From a virus (taxonomy: Duplodnaviria > Heunggongvirae > Uroviricota > Caudoviricetes), in IMG/VR virus record IMGVR_UViG_3300020576_002769, positions 81,985 to 114,813 of that record: a stretch of 32,829 bases of DNA; one strand, written 5' to 3'. The position numbers and the translations under genes were made by a program. Positions 1-8,327 of the stretch are shown piece by piece (positions within the stretch are counted from its first letter, which is position 1; the number at the start of each line of letters is the position of its first letter). The notes under the pieces are model-generated. The model was given only the letters and a program-made list of their open reading frames with translations. It had not been told where the DNA came from and did no database searches.

Positions 1-33
1 CAAAATAATAAACTAATTTAAAATCAATTAATT

Positions 34-180
34 ATGTCGTGCGGATGCAAAAACAAAGGTAATCAAGCTCCACAACAAGCTCCACAACAAACAAACACTC
101 AACAAGGTCAAAGCCAACCAGCAAGTCAACCTATTCAAGAGTCAATTCGTAAAGTGGTTCAAAAATATTACAAAAAGTAA
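34..180 (+). CDS. Small 48-aa Gln-rich protein with N-terminal CGC motif (not in ORF track)
   Basis: ATG34..TAA180 translates MSCGCKNKGNQAPQQAPQQTNTQQGQSQPASQPIQESIRKVVQKYYKK; followed by an intrinsic terminator. Confidence 0.75.
   Translation: MSCGCKNKGNQAPQQAPQQTNTQQGQSQPASQPIQESIRKVVQKYYKK
64..87 (+). repeat. 12-bp tandem duplication (CAAGCTCCACAA x2) encoding QAPQ x2
   Basis: Seen directly. Confidence 0.9.
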
Positions 181-209
181 TATCTAAACGTTTGGGGTTA
201 AAAAAATTG

Positions 210-234
210 AGGGAACATTTGTTCCCTTTTTTTA
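210..234 (+). terminator. Intrinsic terminator
   Basis: AGGGAAC-ATTT-GTTCCCT stem-loop followed by a T tract. Confidence 0.8.
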
Positions 235-282
235 TTTATAATTAATTTTATTTTCCATATCATTCAATATAATTTGAAAATT

Positions 283-1101
283 ATGAAGTATATTAATGAA
301 AATTCAAACAGAGGAATAGTAAATCTATTTGCAGATTTTATTGTTAAAGAAATTAATAAGATACATCAGTACGATGTTGTTATTGAAGTTACCGATTGTG
401 GTAAATTTTTTATAGTAAATGGAATGACGAATTCCGATAAAATATTAGATATGATTAGAGTTAAAGATTCGTTCGTTGAAACTTATAAATCTTTATTATC
501 ATCATTCGGTTATGAAACTTTAAATATTATAGATTTAATCATCTATAACCGGGAGTTAAAAAAGAAATCCGACTTTACCTTTGATTTCTATAACTCATCA
601 AGACCATCATATCATTGGGAGGTAATTAATACATTAATCGATAATCCCCAACCTAAATTCAATTCCATCTCTTACACTAACAGATTAGAATATGAATTAG
701 ATTACTCTGAAGATGATACATCAAATTTAGAATTTTATACCTACGCACCATTAAACATTTCTTCGGAGTTCCCTCACGGATATAGTTTAAGTATGGGAAG
801 ACAGGAATATTATTATTCTGAATACATCTGTAATCATCTTTTTGACATAATTTTAACCTCAAAATTAACGTTTAAATATTCGTCAAATAAAATTGATGAT
901 GATAACCAAATTAATATCCAATCAATGAGTTTATTCCCCAAAAAAGACATCATCTCAATGGTCTTAGATGTGTTTGATTTTGATATGTTATTATTTAATG
1001 ATAAAATCAAAGATTATGATATTATAGACGACATTTTAAAACCATTCGATAAAAAACCTTGGTTAGTTAAAGATAGATTAAAAGACCTGATTTTATTTTA
1101 A
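283..1101 (+). CDS. Highly divergent, shortened SAM synthetase (MetK)-fold protein lacking catalytic motifs
   Basis: Manual alignment to recalled E. coli MetK: ENSNRGIVNLFADFI~ESVSEGHPDKIADQI; VVIEVTDCGKFFIVNG~VACETYVKTGMVLVGG; GRQEYYYSEYICNHL~DRSAAYAARYVAKNI; MVLDVFDF~LVREFFDL; KPWLVKD~FPWEKTD. ATG283 preferred over TTG274. Confidence 0.6.
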   Translation: MKYINENSNRGIVNLFADFIVKEINKIHQYDVVIEVTDCGKFFIVNGMTNSDKILDMIRVKDSFVETYKSLLSSFGYETLNIIDLIIYNRELKKKSDFTFDFYNSSRPSYHWEVINTLIDNPQPKFNSISYTNRLEYELDYSEDDTSNLEFYTYAPLNISSEFPHGYSLSMGRQEYYYSEYICNHLFDIILTSKLTFKYSSNKIDDDNQINIQSMSLFPKKDIISMVLDVFDFDMLLFNDKIKDYDIIDDILKPFDKKPWLVKDRLKDLILF

Positions 1102-1105
1102 AAAG

Positions 1106-1129
1106 AAAATCCCCTAAAGAGGGGATTTT
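1106..1129. terminator. Bidirectional intrinsic terminator between convergent genes
   Basis: AAAATCCCCT-AAAG-AGGGGATTTT with A and T tracts on either side. Confidence 0.85.
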
Positions 1130-1130
1130 T

Positions 1131-1418
1131 TTATTTTCCTAAATGTTCTTTAATGATTCTAACACCATCTTCGATTTCTTCGTAATCTCTCTCAGGAGCA
1201 TAAAGATAACTTTTGTGGTCATCAGTATCCGGTGATTCAACAATCATAAATGCCGGAACATATTCATTCTCGGTTATCTCAACAAACATATCATATTCGT
1301 CTTTGTATTCATCAATATCCCGTTCAACAAAATCTATATTAGATTCTTTTAATTGGTCTTTCATTTGAACACAATACGGACAACCTTCCATTGTGAAAAG
1401 GATAACTAATTTATCCAT
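1131..1418 (-). CDS. Glutaredoxin/NrdH-like redoxin
   Basis: CPYC active site in FTMEGCPYCVQMK; VPAF cis-Pro motif. Confidence 0.85.
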   Translation of the reverse strand: MDKLVILFTMEGCPYCVQMKDQLKESNIDFVERDIDEYKDEYDMFVEITENEYVPAFMIVESPDTDDHKSYLYAPERDYEEIEDGVRIIKEHLGK

Positions 1419-1734
1419 TTAATAAATTTTCAACAATTTCTTTTATCTGACTTTCAGTTTTCATACCAGGTTGTGAAAACATTTCTTTTCCACCTGAAAA
1501 TGATTTAAGTGTTGGTACCGCTCTAACACCTAATTCAACCGCCAAATCTCTATTTTCTTCAACATCCAATGTGTATAATTTAACTTCTGAGTCTTTATTT
1601 CTATATTCTTCTGAAACTTTATCAAATGTTGGTTTCATCACTTTACAGGGGCCACAAAATTTTGCCCAGAAGTCAATAATTAGTTTATCCCCATTTTTAA
1701 TTTTTTGTCTTAATTCTTCTTGTGTAATTTCCAT
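1411..1734 (-). CDS. trxA: Thioredoxin
   Basis: DFWAKFCGPCK active site; LGVRAVPT; 107 aa. Confidence 0.92.
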   Translation of the reverse strand: MEITQEELRQKIKNGDKLIIDFWAKFCGPCKVMKPTFDKVSEEYRNKDSEVKLYTLDVEENRDLAVELGVRAVPTLKSFSGGKEMFSQPGMKTESQIKEIVENLLNG

Positions 1735-1738
1735 AATA

Positions 1739-2407
1739 TTAAATATTTTTCCATCTGTGGTTATTTTTTAAATTATAATATAACCAATCTTTAATTTGTG
1801 GGTATTGTTTTTTAATTTCTTTAAACTTAGCCCCGTTGTTTATTTTATTTTTTATTTCTTTTATAAGTTCAATACCATATTTGGAATTTGTTGTTTGAAC
1901 GGCGGTTCTAATATTAACCGCTCGTTGTTTTTTTTCTTTTTCGGACATTGAGTCCCAACCGTTTTTAACAGACAATCTTCTTTTTTCTCTCTCTTCATCC
2001 GCTTTATCACCATACAATTCCTCATATGTTTTACCTTTATGAGAATTACCATTTTTAACCGCCTCACATATTTTAACCCTCATTTCCGGAGAATGGACAT
2101 ATCCTAAACAACCTTCACCACCAAATGTAGAATTTAACCCATTATTATATGAATCATATTGTTCTATATATTTTTTTTCCGTTTCATATATAATACTCAA
2201 ATCACATTCTTCAAGTAATTCTATGGTGAAATTATCTTGACCATATTTTTTCATTGAGTTATATAATTTTGACTTATAATCTGTTTTAAAACATCTATAT
2301 AGATGTTGATTAAATCTATGACTTAAAGAATTAACCGTACACCCTATGTAGATTAAACCGTTTTCTTTATTTGTTATTTTATATATTTTTCCTTTTTCTG
2401 AGCTCAT
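1739..2407 (-). CDS. Free-standing GIY-YIG homing endonuclease
   Basis: KIYKITN..LIYIGCT, catalytic R (HRFNQH), E (YETEK), N (GLNST); C-terminal NUMOD-like basic region. Confidence 0.88.
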   Translation of the reverse strand: MSSEKGKIYKITNKENGLIYIGCTVNSLSHRFNQHLYRCFKTDYKSKLYNSMKKYGQDNFTIELLEECDLSIIYETEKKYIEQYDSYNNGLNSTFGGEGCLGYVHSPEMRVKICEAVKNGNSHKGKTYEELYGDKADEEREKRRLSVKNGWDSMSEKEKKQRAVNIRTAVQTTNSKYGIELIKEIKNKINNGAKFKEIKKQYPQIKDWLYYNLKNNHRWKNI

Positions 2408-2420
2408 TGGTGTCTTTTAT

Positions 2421-2430
2421 TATAAATATC
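2421..2430 (-). promoter_or_regulatory. Recurrent (G)ATATTTATA box, putative late promoter
   Basis: GATATTTATA 13 nt upstream of the GIY-YIG ATG; same box precedes several other genes. Confidence 0.5.
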
Positions 2431-2447
2431 ACCAAGTAGCGTAAAAA

Positions 2448-2768
2448 TTATTTTTTTATTGTTAATCTTTTTATTTGTTGTAGAAGAAATTCTACCGCGT
2501 TTTGTTTATCCGCTTTTGTTAAAATAAATATCTTCGTTTCTGACTTACGTAATATTAAAATACCCGACGAATCATATTCATACAACCTATTTTGATAAAC
2601 CATATTATGTTCATCATTTACAAAAGTTTGGAACCAAAGTAAATGATGTTTTCCATAAAATTTATCACAATCCTCTTTAGTCATTGATGGATTAACTTCA
2701 ACAACACTAGGGAATGTTTTAAATCTTTCCTTAAAAATTTCTATACAATGTTGGGGTATATCATTCAT
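2448..2768 (-). CDS. Hypothetical protein
   Basis: ORF; ATG2768 (MNDIPQH) directly after the upstream TAG is preferred over the overlapping extension in the ORF track. Confidence 0.7.
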   Translation of the reverse strand: MNDIPQHCIEIFKERFKTFPSVVEVNPSMTKEDCDKFYGKHHLLWFQTFVNDEHNMVYQNRLYEYDSSGILILRKSETKIFILTKADKQNAVEFLLQQIKRLTIKK

Positions 2769-2769
2769 A

Positions 2770-4530
2770 CTATAAAGGGAATTCATCATCATCATCCCAA
2801 TTTTGAACCGGGACAACATTTAAATTATACGAATTTAATTTCATAATTGAATCGTTTTCCCAAACTAAATAAACACCTTTGTCTCTTGAATCATTAGTAA
2901 GATATTTATACCCCGTTCTATCGTATTCTTTGATTGTGTAATCCGAAAATACTTTTCTACCACCAAATTCACCTTCGATTTGTAAAGTATCAAACGTTTT
3001 CTCATACACCATAACTGAGATTCTTTCATCCAACTTGAAGATGGCATCATCCCAAGAACTATCCAATCTATGATTGTATTTACCTAAAGTTTGAACTCTG
3101 TTTAAATTAAATTCAATTTTGTCAGGCCAAACCAACGGAATTATTTGATATTCAATCGAAGCTCTTTCTTCAGTATCACCCTCACCACGTCTTAATGAAA
3201 TCAATAATGAATCAACTCGTTTAATATAGGATTTAACACAATTGCTTTGAAACATCGATTCATTATTATATCGTTTGGATGTTAATAACACCTCAGGGAA
3301 ATAAGGTCCGTCTTTAGTTAATATTACTTCATTTATAAACTCAACAAATTTTGGATTGTAAACTCTTGTAAAATCACCATTAGTATAATGACTATACTTT
3401 TCAGACCATTCGTAATGCTCTTGGGTAAATTCATCGTGAGTTCTTGATTTCCATTTAACCGGTTCCACATTTCTCAAAAAATTATAAAACCGAATATGGT
3501 CATTAAACGTATGGTAGTTAATTAATTTTTTATAATACAATTTATAAATCTCAAAAAAATTGGATTTTTCAGATTTAGATAAATAACTTATAAAGGTTAA
3601 ATTTCTATATACAGAAGGTACATCCCAAGAACTTAAAAAAAGATTAATCACCTCATCCGGTTGATTAAGTATAAATTTCTCACCAAAGATTTCACAAGCA
3701 TTCTTGAAATGACTAGAATCTAAAAATTTATCAACGGTGTGTAATGATTTCTTAATCTTATCACCCTTTAAGTTATGAACTTTCATTAAGGCATCAACAT
3801 ATTTGTAATCACACTTCACCAAATCTTTCTTTTTTGGTTGCGGCCACGCACCAATCAGTTCATACCAATTGTTCGGATACTTAATTCCTTGATAATCCAA
3901 ATATCGTTTATAGATTTTTTGTTCTGGTAATAAGTCAGGATATTTTTCAGTTCCGGGAATTGAATTAACAAAGAGAGATACCACTTGATTTACTATTGTT
4001 GAGACATCAATAGTTTTTTTCTCATCCGAACTAAAACTATTTCTAACCCACTCTCTCATTCTATTTATTGGGTCAGTGTTAAATAAAGCCCTACTAATTC
4101 TTTTTCTACATTTTCTTTTCAAGTGATAATTGTCTATCGACCCAAGATATAACGCATTGGTTTTATGATTAAAGGTTATAAACTTACATTGAGTATTAGT
4201 CTTGAACCATTTAGACTGAATTCTTCTTCGTCTATTATACCAAAACATTTTGAAGGTAATCTTATCTCCCTCCTTAGTAATACACATAATTCTTCGTGTA
4301 TGATTAACCATCGCAAATGGATTTCCGTAATTCTCTAAATATTTTTCTTCGGTGGTATATTCAGATTTCAACTCAAAATGACCCCAAGGTGCATAACTAC
4401 GATATTCGGTAACATTATTACCAAAAATATCAACCTTTACCGGGTCGGTATCATATTTAATAGGATTGGTATCTAAGTATTCTAATACTTGATATTCTTT
4501 TCTAGTAAGATTAAAGATTTCTTCCCTCAT
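2770..4530 (-). CDS. PcfJ-like domain protein
   Basis: C-terminal ESMFQSNCVKSY..LISLR..ERASIEY matches the PcfJ EG..MxHCVxSY..SLR..TIE pattern, preceded by HDEF..H..W. Confidence 0.7.
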   Translation of the reverse strand: MREEIFNLTRKEYQVLEYLDTNPIKYDTDPVKVDIFGNNVTEYRSYAPWGHFELKSEYTTEEKYLENYGNPFAMVNHTRRIMCITKEGDKITFKMFWYNRRRRIQSKWFKTNTQCKFITFNHKTNALYLGSIDNYHLKRKCRKRISRALFNTDPINRMREWVRNSFSSDEKKTIDVSTIVNQVVSLFVNSIPGTEKYPDLLPEQKIYKRYLDYQGIKYPNNWYELIGAWPQPKKKDLVKCDYKYVDALMKVHNLKGDKIKKSLHTVDKFLDSSHFKNACEIFGEKFILNQPDEVINLFLSSWDVPSVYRNLTFISYLSKSEKSNFFEIYKLYYKKLINYHTFNDHIRFYNFLRNVEPVKWKSRTHDEFTQEHYEWSEKYSHYTNGDFTRVYNPKFVEFINEVILTKDGPYFPEVLLTSKRYNNESMFQSNCVKSYIKRVDSLLISLRRGEGDTEERASIEYQIIPLVWPDKIEFNLNRVQTLGKYNHRLDSSWDDAIFKLDERISVMVYEKTFDTLQIEGEFGGRKVFSDYTIKEYDRTGYKYLTNDSRDKGVYLVWENDSIMKLNSYNLNVVPVQNWDDDDEFPL

Positions 4531-4548
4531 AATAACACATTACAGGTG

Positions 4549-4556
4549 CAAAAGTA
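4549..4556 (-). promoter_or_regulatory. Bacteroidota sigma-A -7 box (TAnnTTTG)
   Basis: TACTTTTG about 18 nt upstream of ATG4530. Confidence 0.55.
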
Positions 4557-4580
4557 GTTAAAAAAAATTAAAAATTCAAA

Positions 4581-4871
4581 TTAATTAAGGGAAATTTCAC
4601 CAAATGGTGTTTGGATAAAGATAGATTCTATCTTTTCCTCATCTATCTCTTGATTTTGTGATTGTTTAAGTTCAACAACAATAGAAATTAGTTGTTTTTG
4701 AGTTAAAGAAACGTCCTCACCATTTTCAACATTTCTATATGATTGTTCTTTAACTTTTTCATAGAAGTCCTCCTTTAAAACATCCCCAATCAACTGAAGT
4801 AAGTCGTTGGGGTTGTTATTAAAGAAAGTTATAAATTGATTAATGTAGATTTCAACATCAACATTTTTCAT
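4581..4871 (-). CDS. Hypothetical protein
   Basis: Colinear 96-aa ORF. Confidence 0.75.
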   Translation of the reverse strand: MKNVDVEIYINQFITFFNNNPNDLLQLIGDVLKEDFYEKVKEQSYRNVENGEDVSLTQKQLISIVVELKQSQNQEIDEEKIESIFIQTPFGEISLN

Positions 4872-4893
4872 TTGTGTAGTGTTTTATTTAATA

Positions 4894-6252
4894 CTAAGTT
4901 AAGTAATAGAATCCCATACCTTCGTCTTCTAATCTGTCTTTTAGTTTTTGAGGAATGTGAATATTTGGATTAACATCTTTTAAGTTAATGAAATCCATAT
5001 CGGTTAAATTAACAATACATTCAGGTAATGCCTGTAATTGTTTGTTATTAGGTAACGCCAAGAATTTCAAATTCGTTAATTGACAGATAGAGTCCGGTAA
5101 TGTTTTTACGATATTTTGTAACATCAACGCCTCTAAGTTTTTAAATCTTCCAATTGTTGATGGAACATCTAACGCAATGTCTTCTTTACTCTTATTGTTA
5201 ATCAATAATTTAGTAATCGTATCCGGTAAAGTTGCAAACAAATCATCAAAACCATACAAAGCTACGAATTTACCTGCCGCACTATCAGGGTAATTAATTT
5301 CAACAATATCACCACCTGAACCAACAAGTCCTTTTGCAAACTGAGGTTTGAAATACTCTTTTAAATCCGAACCTTGACCATTCAAGAACTCAACTAAATT
5401 GATACCTCTATCGCGTCTATCCATATACTGATTAGATGGGAAGTGGAATTGATATCTATTCTTAGGTAATCCTGTTTTCTTACCATATTCAGTATCAGTA
5501 TTAGGAAGAATAACATATAACGGTCCGTCTTTAATGTAATGGTCAAAATATGAACCATCAACCTTAGATGTACACCAATTGGTTTCATCATTAATATCTT
5601 GAGTATCGTAATAACCCCCAAAATAACAAGCCGCATCTTTACCAACTTGTCCTTTATCCTCAATCTTAACGATAGTCCAATCAGGAGTTTCTAATTCAAT
5701 ATTAGACCCCGGATATTGGAATGGATTTTCTTTAGTAATTCTTTCCTCTTTTGATGACTTAGAATCTTTACTCAATTTAAATTCATCAACAGCCAAAGAT
5801 AATTCCGCCGGAGTTAATTTATTAATATCTCTTTGGTCTTCAGGTAAACGATTTTTAAATCTTTCGTATTTTAATAAATCAACATTCATTTTATCCATAT
5901 CCTCTATGAATAAACGTCTATATTCTTGAGCGGCTCTTTTATATTCAGGAGTTCCAACTTCATACTCTAACTTTGGTTGTACGAAGTTTTTTAACATCCA
6001 TTGAACGTATTTACCAACTTTAACCTTAGACATCTCTTCGTATGTCGCACCCTCTTTATCAAACCCATTAGGAACTTTAGTATCCGGGTCACCAAATATA
6101 ATTGTTTTTAAGGTATCAAAATCCATAATACCTTTTGGTGATTTACCCGGCTCAGTTTTAATTTTTGGATTTGGTTTTACAAACTTATCATACAATAATT
6201 GTAAACGAGCGTTCTCAGTTATTAAATTAGATAGTACCGATGTAATTTTCAT
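4894..6252 (-). CDS. Leucine-rich-repeat protein with N-terminal phage domain
   Basis: C-terminal LRRs VPSTIGRFKNLEALML / LPDSICQLTNLKFLAL / LPECIVNLTDMDFINL; middle WCT..YF.HY..GPLYV..YQFHF..QYMD segment. Confidence 0.85.
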   Translation of the reverse strand: MKITSVLSNLITENARLQLLYDKFVKPNPKIKTEPGKSPKGIMDFDTLKTIIFGDPDTKVPNGFDKEGATYEEMSKVKVGKYVQWMLKNFVQPKLEYEVGTPEYKRAAQEYRRLFIEDMDKMNVDLLKYERFKNRLPEDQRDINKLTPAELSLAVDEFKLSKDSKSSKEERITKENPFQYPGSNIELETPDWTIVKIEDKGQVGKDAACYFGGYYDTQDINDETNWCTSKVDGSYFDHYIKDGPLYVILPNTDTEYGKKTGLPKNRYQFHFPSNQYMDRRDRGINLVEFLNGQGSDLKEYFKPQFAKGLVGSGGDIVEINYPDSAAGKFVALYGFDDLFATLPDTITKLLINNKSKEDIALDVPSTIGRFKNLEALMLQNIVKTLPDSICQLTNLKFLALPNNKQLQALPECIVNLTDMDFINLKDVNPNIHIPQKLKDRLEDEGMGFYYLT

Positions 6253-6269
6253 TTTTTAATTGTTTTTAT

Positions 6270-6277
6270 TATAAATA
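6270..6277 (-). promoter_or_regulatory. TATTTATA box, putative late promoter
   Basis: 17 nt upstream of the LRR ATG. Confidence 0.5.
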
Positions 6278-6326
6278 TTCGTTTTTTGTAAATAATTCAC
6301 CAAAGACCATTTACTTTTTACAGGGA

Positions 6327-6334
6327 CAAAGATA
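6327..6334 (-). promoter_or_regulatory. Bacteroidota sigma-A -7 box
   Basis: TATCTTTG in the dam-LRR intergenic region. Confidence 0.5.
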
Positions 6335-6359
6335 ATAACTTTTTTTAATCCGCCAAAAA

Positions 6360-7214
6360 TTATTTTAAATAATTCATAATTAATAATTCCTCACCCATAT
6401 TTTGAGCTTTACCTTTTTTAGCTGCAGCCGCTTTAGCAAACTCCTTTTTCTCCCATTTATACTCATTCTCCGGGAACCAATCGTGTAATTGGGGAAAATC
6501 ATAATAAGATAAAGAAAACTTACCTTGAATGGACTTTAAACAATTCGCCAATCTTTCGTGGTCCTCTCTTCCAAAATCGTGATTTGAATAATAACTACCT
6601 TCACCTACAATATAATACGGTGGGTCAACATAATAATAAGTCGTAGGACTGTCGTATTTTTTAATAACCTCTTGGAAATCCATATTTTCAACGTGAGTTA
6701 TACTTTCAAATAATTTTTGCCATTCAGGTTTTTTTAACTTATTCTTAAAAGATGTGAATTTTGAATGGTATTTACCTTTTAAATCTATAAATTTTGATTT
6801 TGACGGATTAGCCCCTGAAAATACCTGAGTTAATACATAAACGTATTTTGCAGCCAATTCATAATTAGGTTCATCATCGAACACTAAATCATCCTGGTAA
6901 ATTTCGTGTTGAAATAAATAAAAATTTTCAGAACAAATTGGATTTGTTGGTGTAACATCTTTTTCCTGTACTATCAATTTTTCACACTCATCCAATAATT
7001 TTTGATGATTAACCACACAACGAAATAAATTATGATTAAGAGGATTAAAGTCATTATATACTATTTTATTTAGATTCGGATAATCCTCTAATTTCATACC
7101 GAAAAACACCCACATCATTCCACCAAAAACTTCAACAAAGTTTTCAACATCTTTTGGGATGTATGGAACTATGAATGTTTGCATTTTACTTTTACCACCA
7201 ATATATGATATCAT
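6360..7214 (-). CDS. Dam-family (D12-class) DNA adenine methyltransferase
   Basis: SYIGGKSK motif X, FVEVFGG motif I, YNDFN, DPPY motif IV, LSY; specificity unknown. Confidence 0.92.
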   Translation of the reverse strand: MISYIGGKSKMQTFIVPYIPKDVENFVEVFGGMMWVFFGMKLEDYPNLNKIVYNDFNPLNHNLFRCVVNHQKLLDECEKLIVQEKDVTPTNPICSENFYLFQHEIYQDDLVFDDEPNYELAAKYVYVLTQVFSGANPSKSKFIDLKGKYHSKFTSFKNKLKKPEWQKLFESITHVENMDFQEVIKKYDSPTTYYYVDPPYYIVGEGSYYSNHDFGREDHERLANCLKSIQGKFSLSYYDFPQLHDWFPENEYKWEKKEFAKAAAAKKGKAQNMGEELLIMNYLK

Positions 7215-7215
7215 A

Positions 7216-7827
7216 TTATTTTATTTCTTTAAATTTTATTAATTTTCTTTCTAACAATGTTACAGCATTTGTGTAAATATAATTCTTAAAATTAATAATA
7301 TCCATTATTTTACTAATTTTAATTATTGAATAATTCTCATATTTATATAGTTTTCCAAAACCTAAAAATTTAATAATATCATTATTAAAATCATTATTTG
7401 AACATATACCAACAACAAAAGAATTTGGCCTATTTTTAATTTTAGAAATACTACCATCCCCATCAAAATACCCTCTAATAAAATGTGGCATTAGAACCTC
7501 ACTTAACTTAGGTAATCGTATTTTTTGTGTTTTGTTATTAACACACCCCAAATCAAACAACCTATTAACCATTAAATTTGAATAAATTGTAACTGAGCAA
7601 AATTTAGATTTTTTATCAACACCACATTTTATTGGGTTATCACATTCTAAATCATTTAATAATTTTGAGATATGACCTACGTCAGTATCTTTTAACTTCA
7701 ACTTTAACTCCCCACTTTTACCATCTTTCATTCTAACATATCCGTCAGCATATAAAAACCCTAACCAATACGCGGATTTTTCATTTAACTCGTCAAAAAA
7801 ATGTTCATTAAGTTTATACTTTCTCAT
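7216..7827 (-). CDS. Free-standing LAGLIDADG homing endonuclease
   Basis: YWLGFLYADGYV and FIRGYFDGDGSI motifs. Confidence 0.9.
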   Translation of the reverse strand: MRKYKLNEHFFDELNEKSAYWLGFLYADGYVRMKDGKSGELKLKLKDTDVGHISKLLNDLECDNPIKCGVDKKSKFCSVTIYSNLMVNRLFDLGCVNNKTQKIRLPKLSEVLMPHFIRGYFDGDGSISKIKNRPNSFVVGICSNNDFNNDIIKFLGFGKLYKYENYSIIKISKIMDIINFKNYIYTNAVTLLERKLIKFKEIK

Positions 7828-7972
7828 AATAATCTTTAACCAATTTTTGAATAAACTTGGAGATACTAATTTCCTCGTTTTTCATTTTATCAAAAAGATG
7901 TCGGTCAATACTTATCCCGTATTTGACTTTTTTATCTTTATCTTCTTTATTAGGTCTTCCTATCTTTCCCAT
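7814..7972 (-). CDS. 52-aa ribbon-helix-helix-like DNA-binding protein (not in ORF track)
   Basis: MGKIGRPNKEDKDKKVKYGISIDRHLFDKMKNEEISISKFIQKLVKDYYEKV; stop overlaps the LAGLIDADG start by 14 nt. Confidence 0.72.
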   Translation of the reverse strand: MGKIGRPNKEDKDKKVKYGISIDRHLFDKMKNEEISISKFIQKLVKDYYEKV

Positions 7973-7976
7973 ATAT

Positions 7977-7984
7977 TATAAATA
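7977..7984 (-). promoter_or_regulatory. TATTTATA box 4 nt upstream of RHH gene
   Basis: ATATTTATAATATATGGGAA; near-identical to 30633-30653. Confidence 0.55.
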
Positions 7985-8089
7985 TAACAAAATATAATAA
8001 AAGTGCGTTAAAAAGTAAAGTTTTTTAAATACAAATATAGTTTCACTATCAATTTTTTTTTACTATACTTATTGAAAAATATTTTAAAT

Positions 8090-8296
8090 ATGAAAGAACC
8101 AATCGAAACTCAGATTATAGAAGAGAAGGATATTATTGATGTTACCCCCGAACAACCCGAAAAAGAATGTAAGTCCTGTAAGCAGAAAGGTTTAAAACCC
8201 GGACAATGGGCGATGATAATTAGTTCTTTTTATATTTTATTCGCCTCGATATACGGAACAATTAAATTAGTCCAAAATCTTTTATCATTATTTTAA
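8090..8296 (+). CDS. Small membrane protein with CxxC
   Basis: ECKSCK then a hydrophobic C-terminal helix; ATG8090 preferred over TTG8072. Confidence 0.7.
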   Translation: MKEPIETQIIEEKDIIDVTPEQPEKECKSCKQKGLKPGQWAMIISSFYILFASIYGTIKLVQNLLSLF

Positions 8297-8300
8297 ATGA

Positions 8301-8327
8301 AAAACCCTACAGATGTAGGGTTTTTTT
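8301..8327. terminator. Bidirectional intrinsic terminator
   Basis: AAAACCCTAC-AGAT-GTAGGGTTTT between convergent genes. Confidence 0.85.

Noticed and set aside
283-1101. Functional metK auxiliary metabolic gene
   Set aside because: GHPDK, GAGDQG and GGGAFSGKD catalytic motifs are absent or replaced, and the protein is much shorter than MetK
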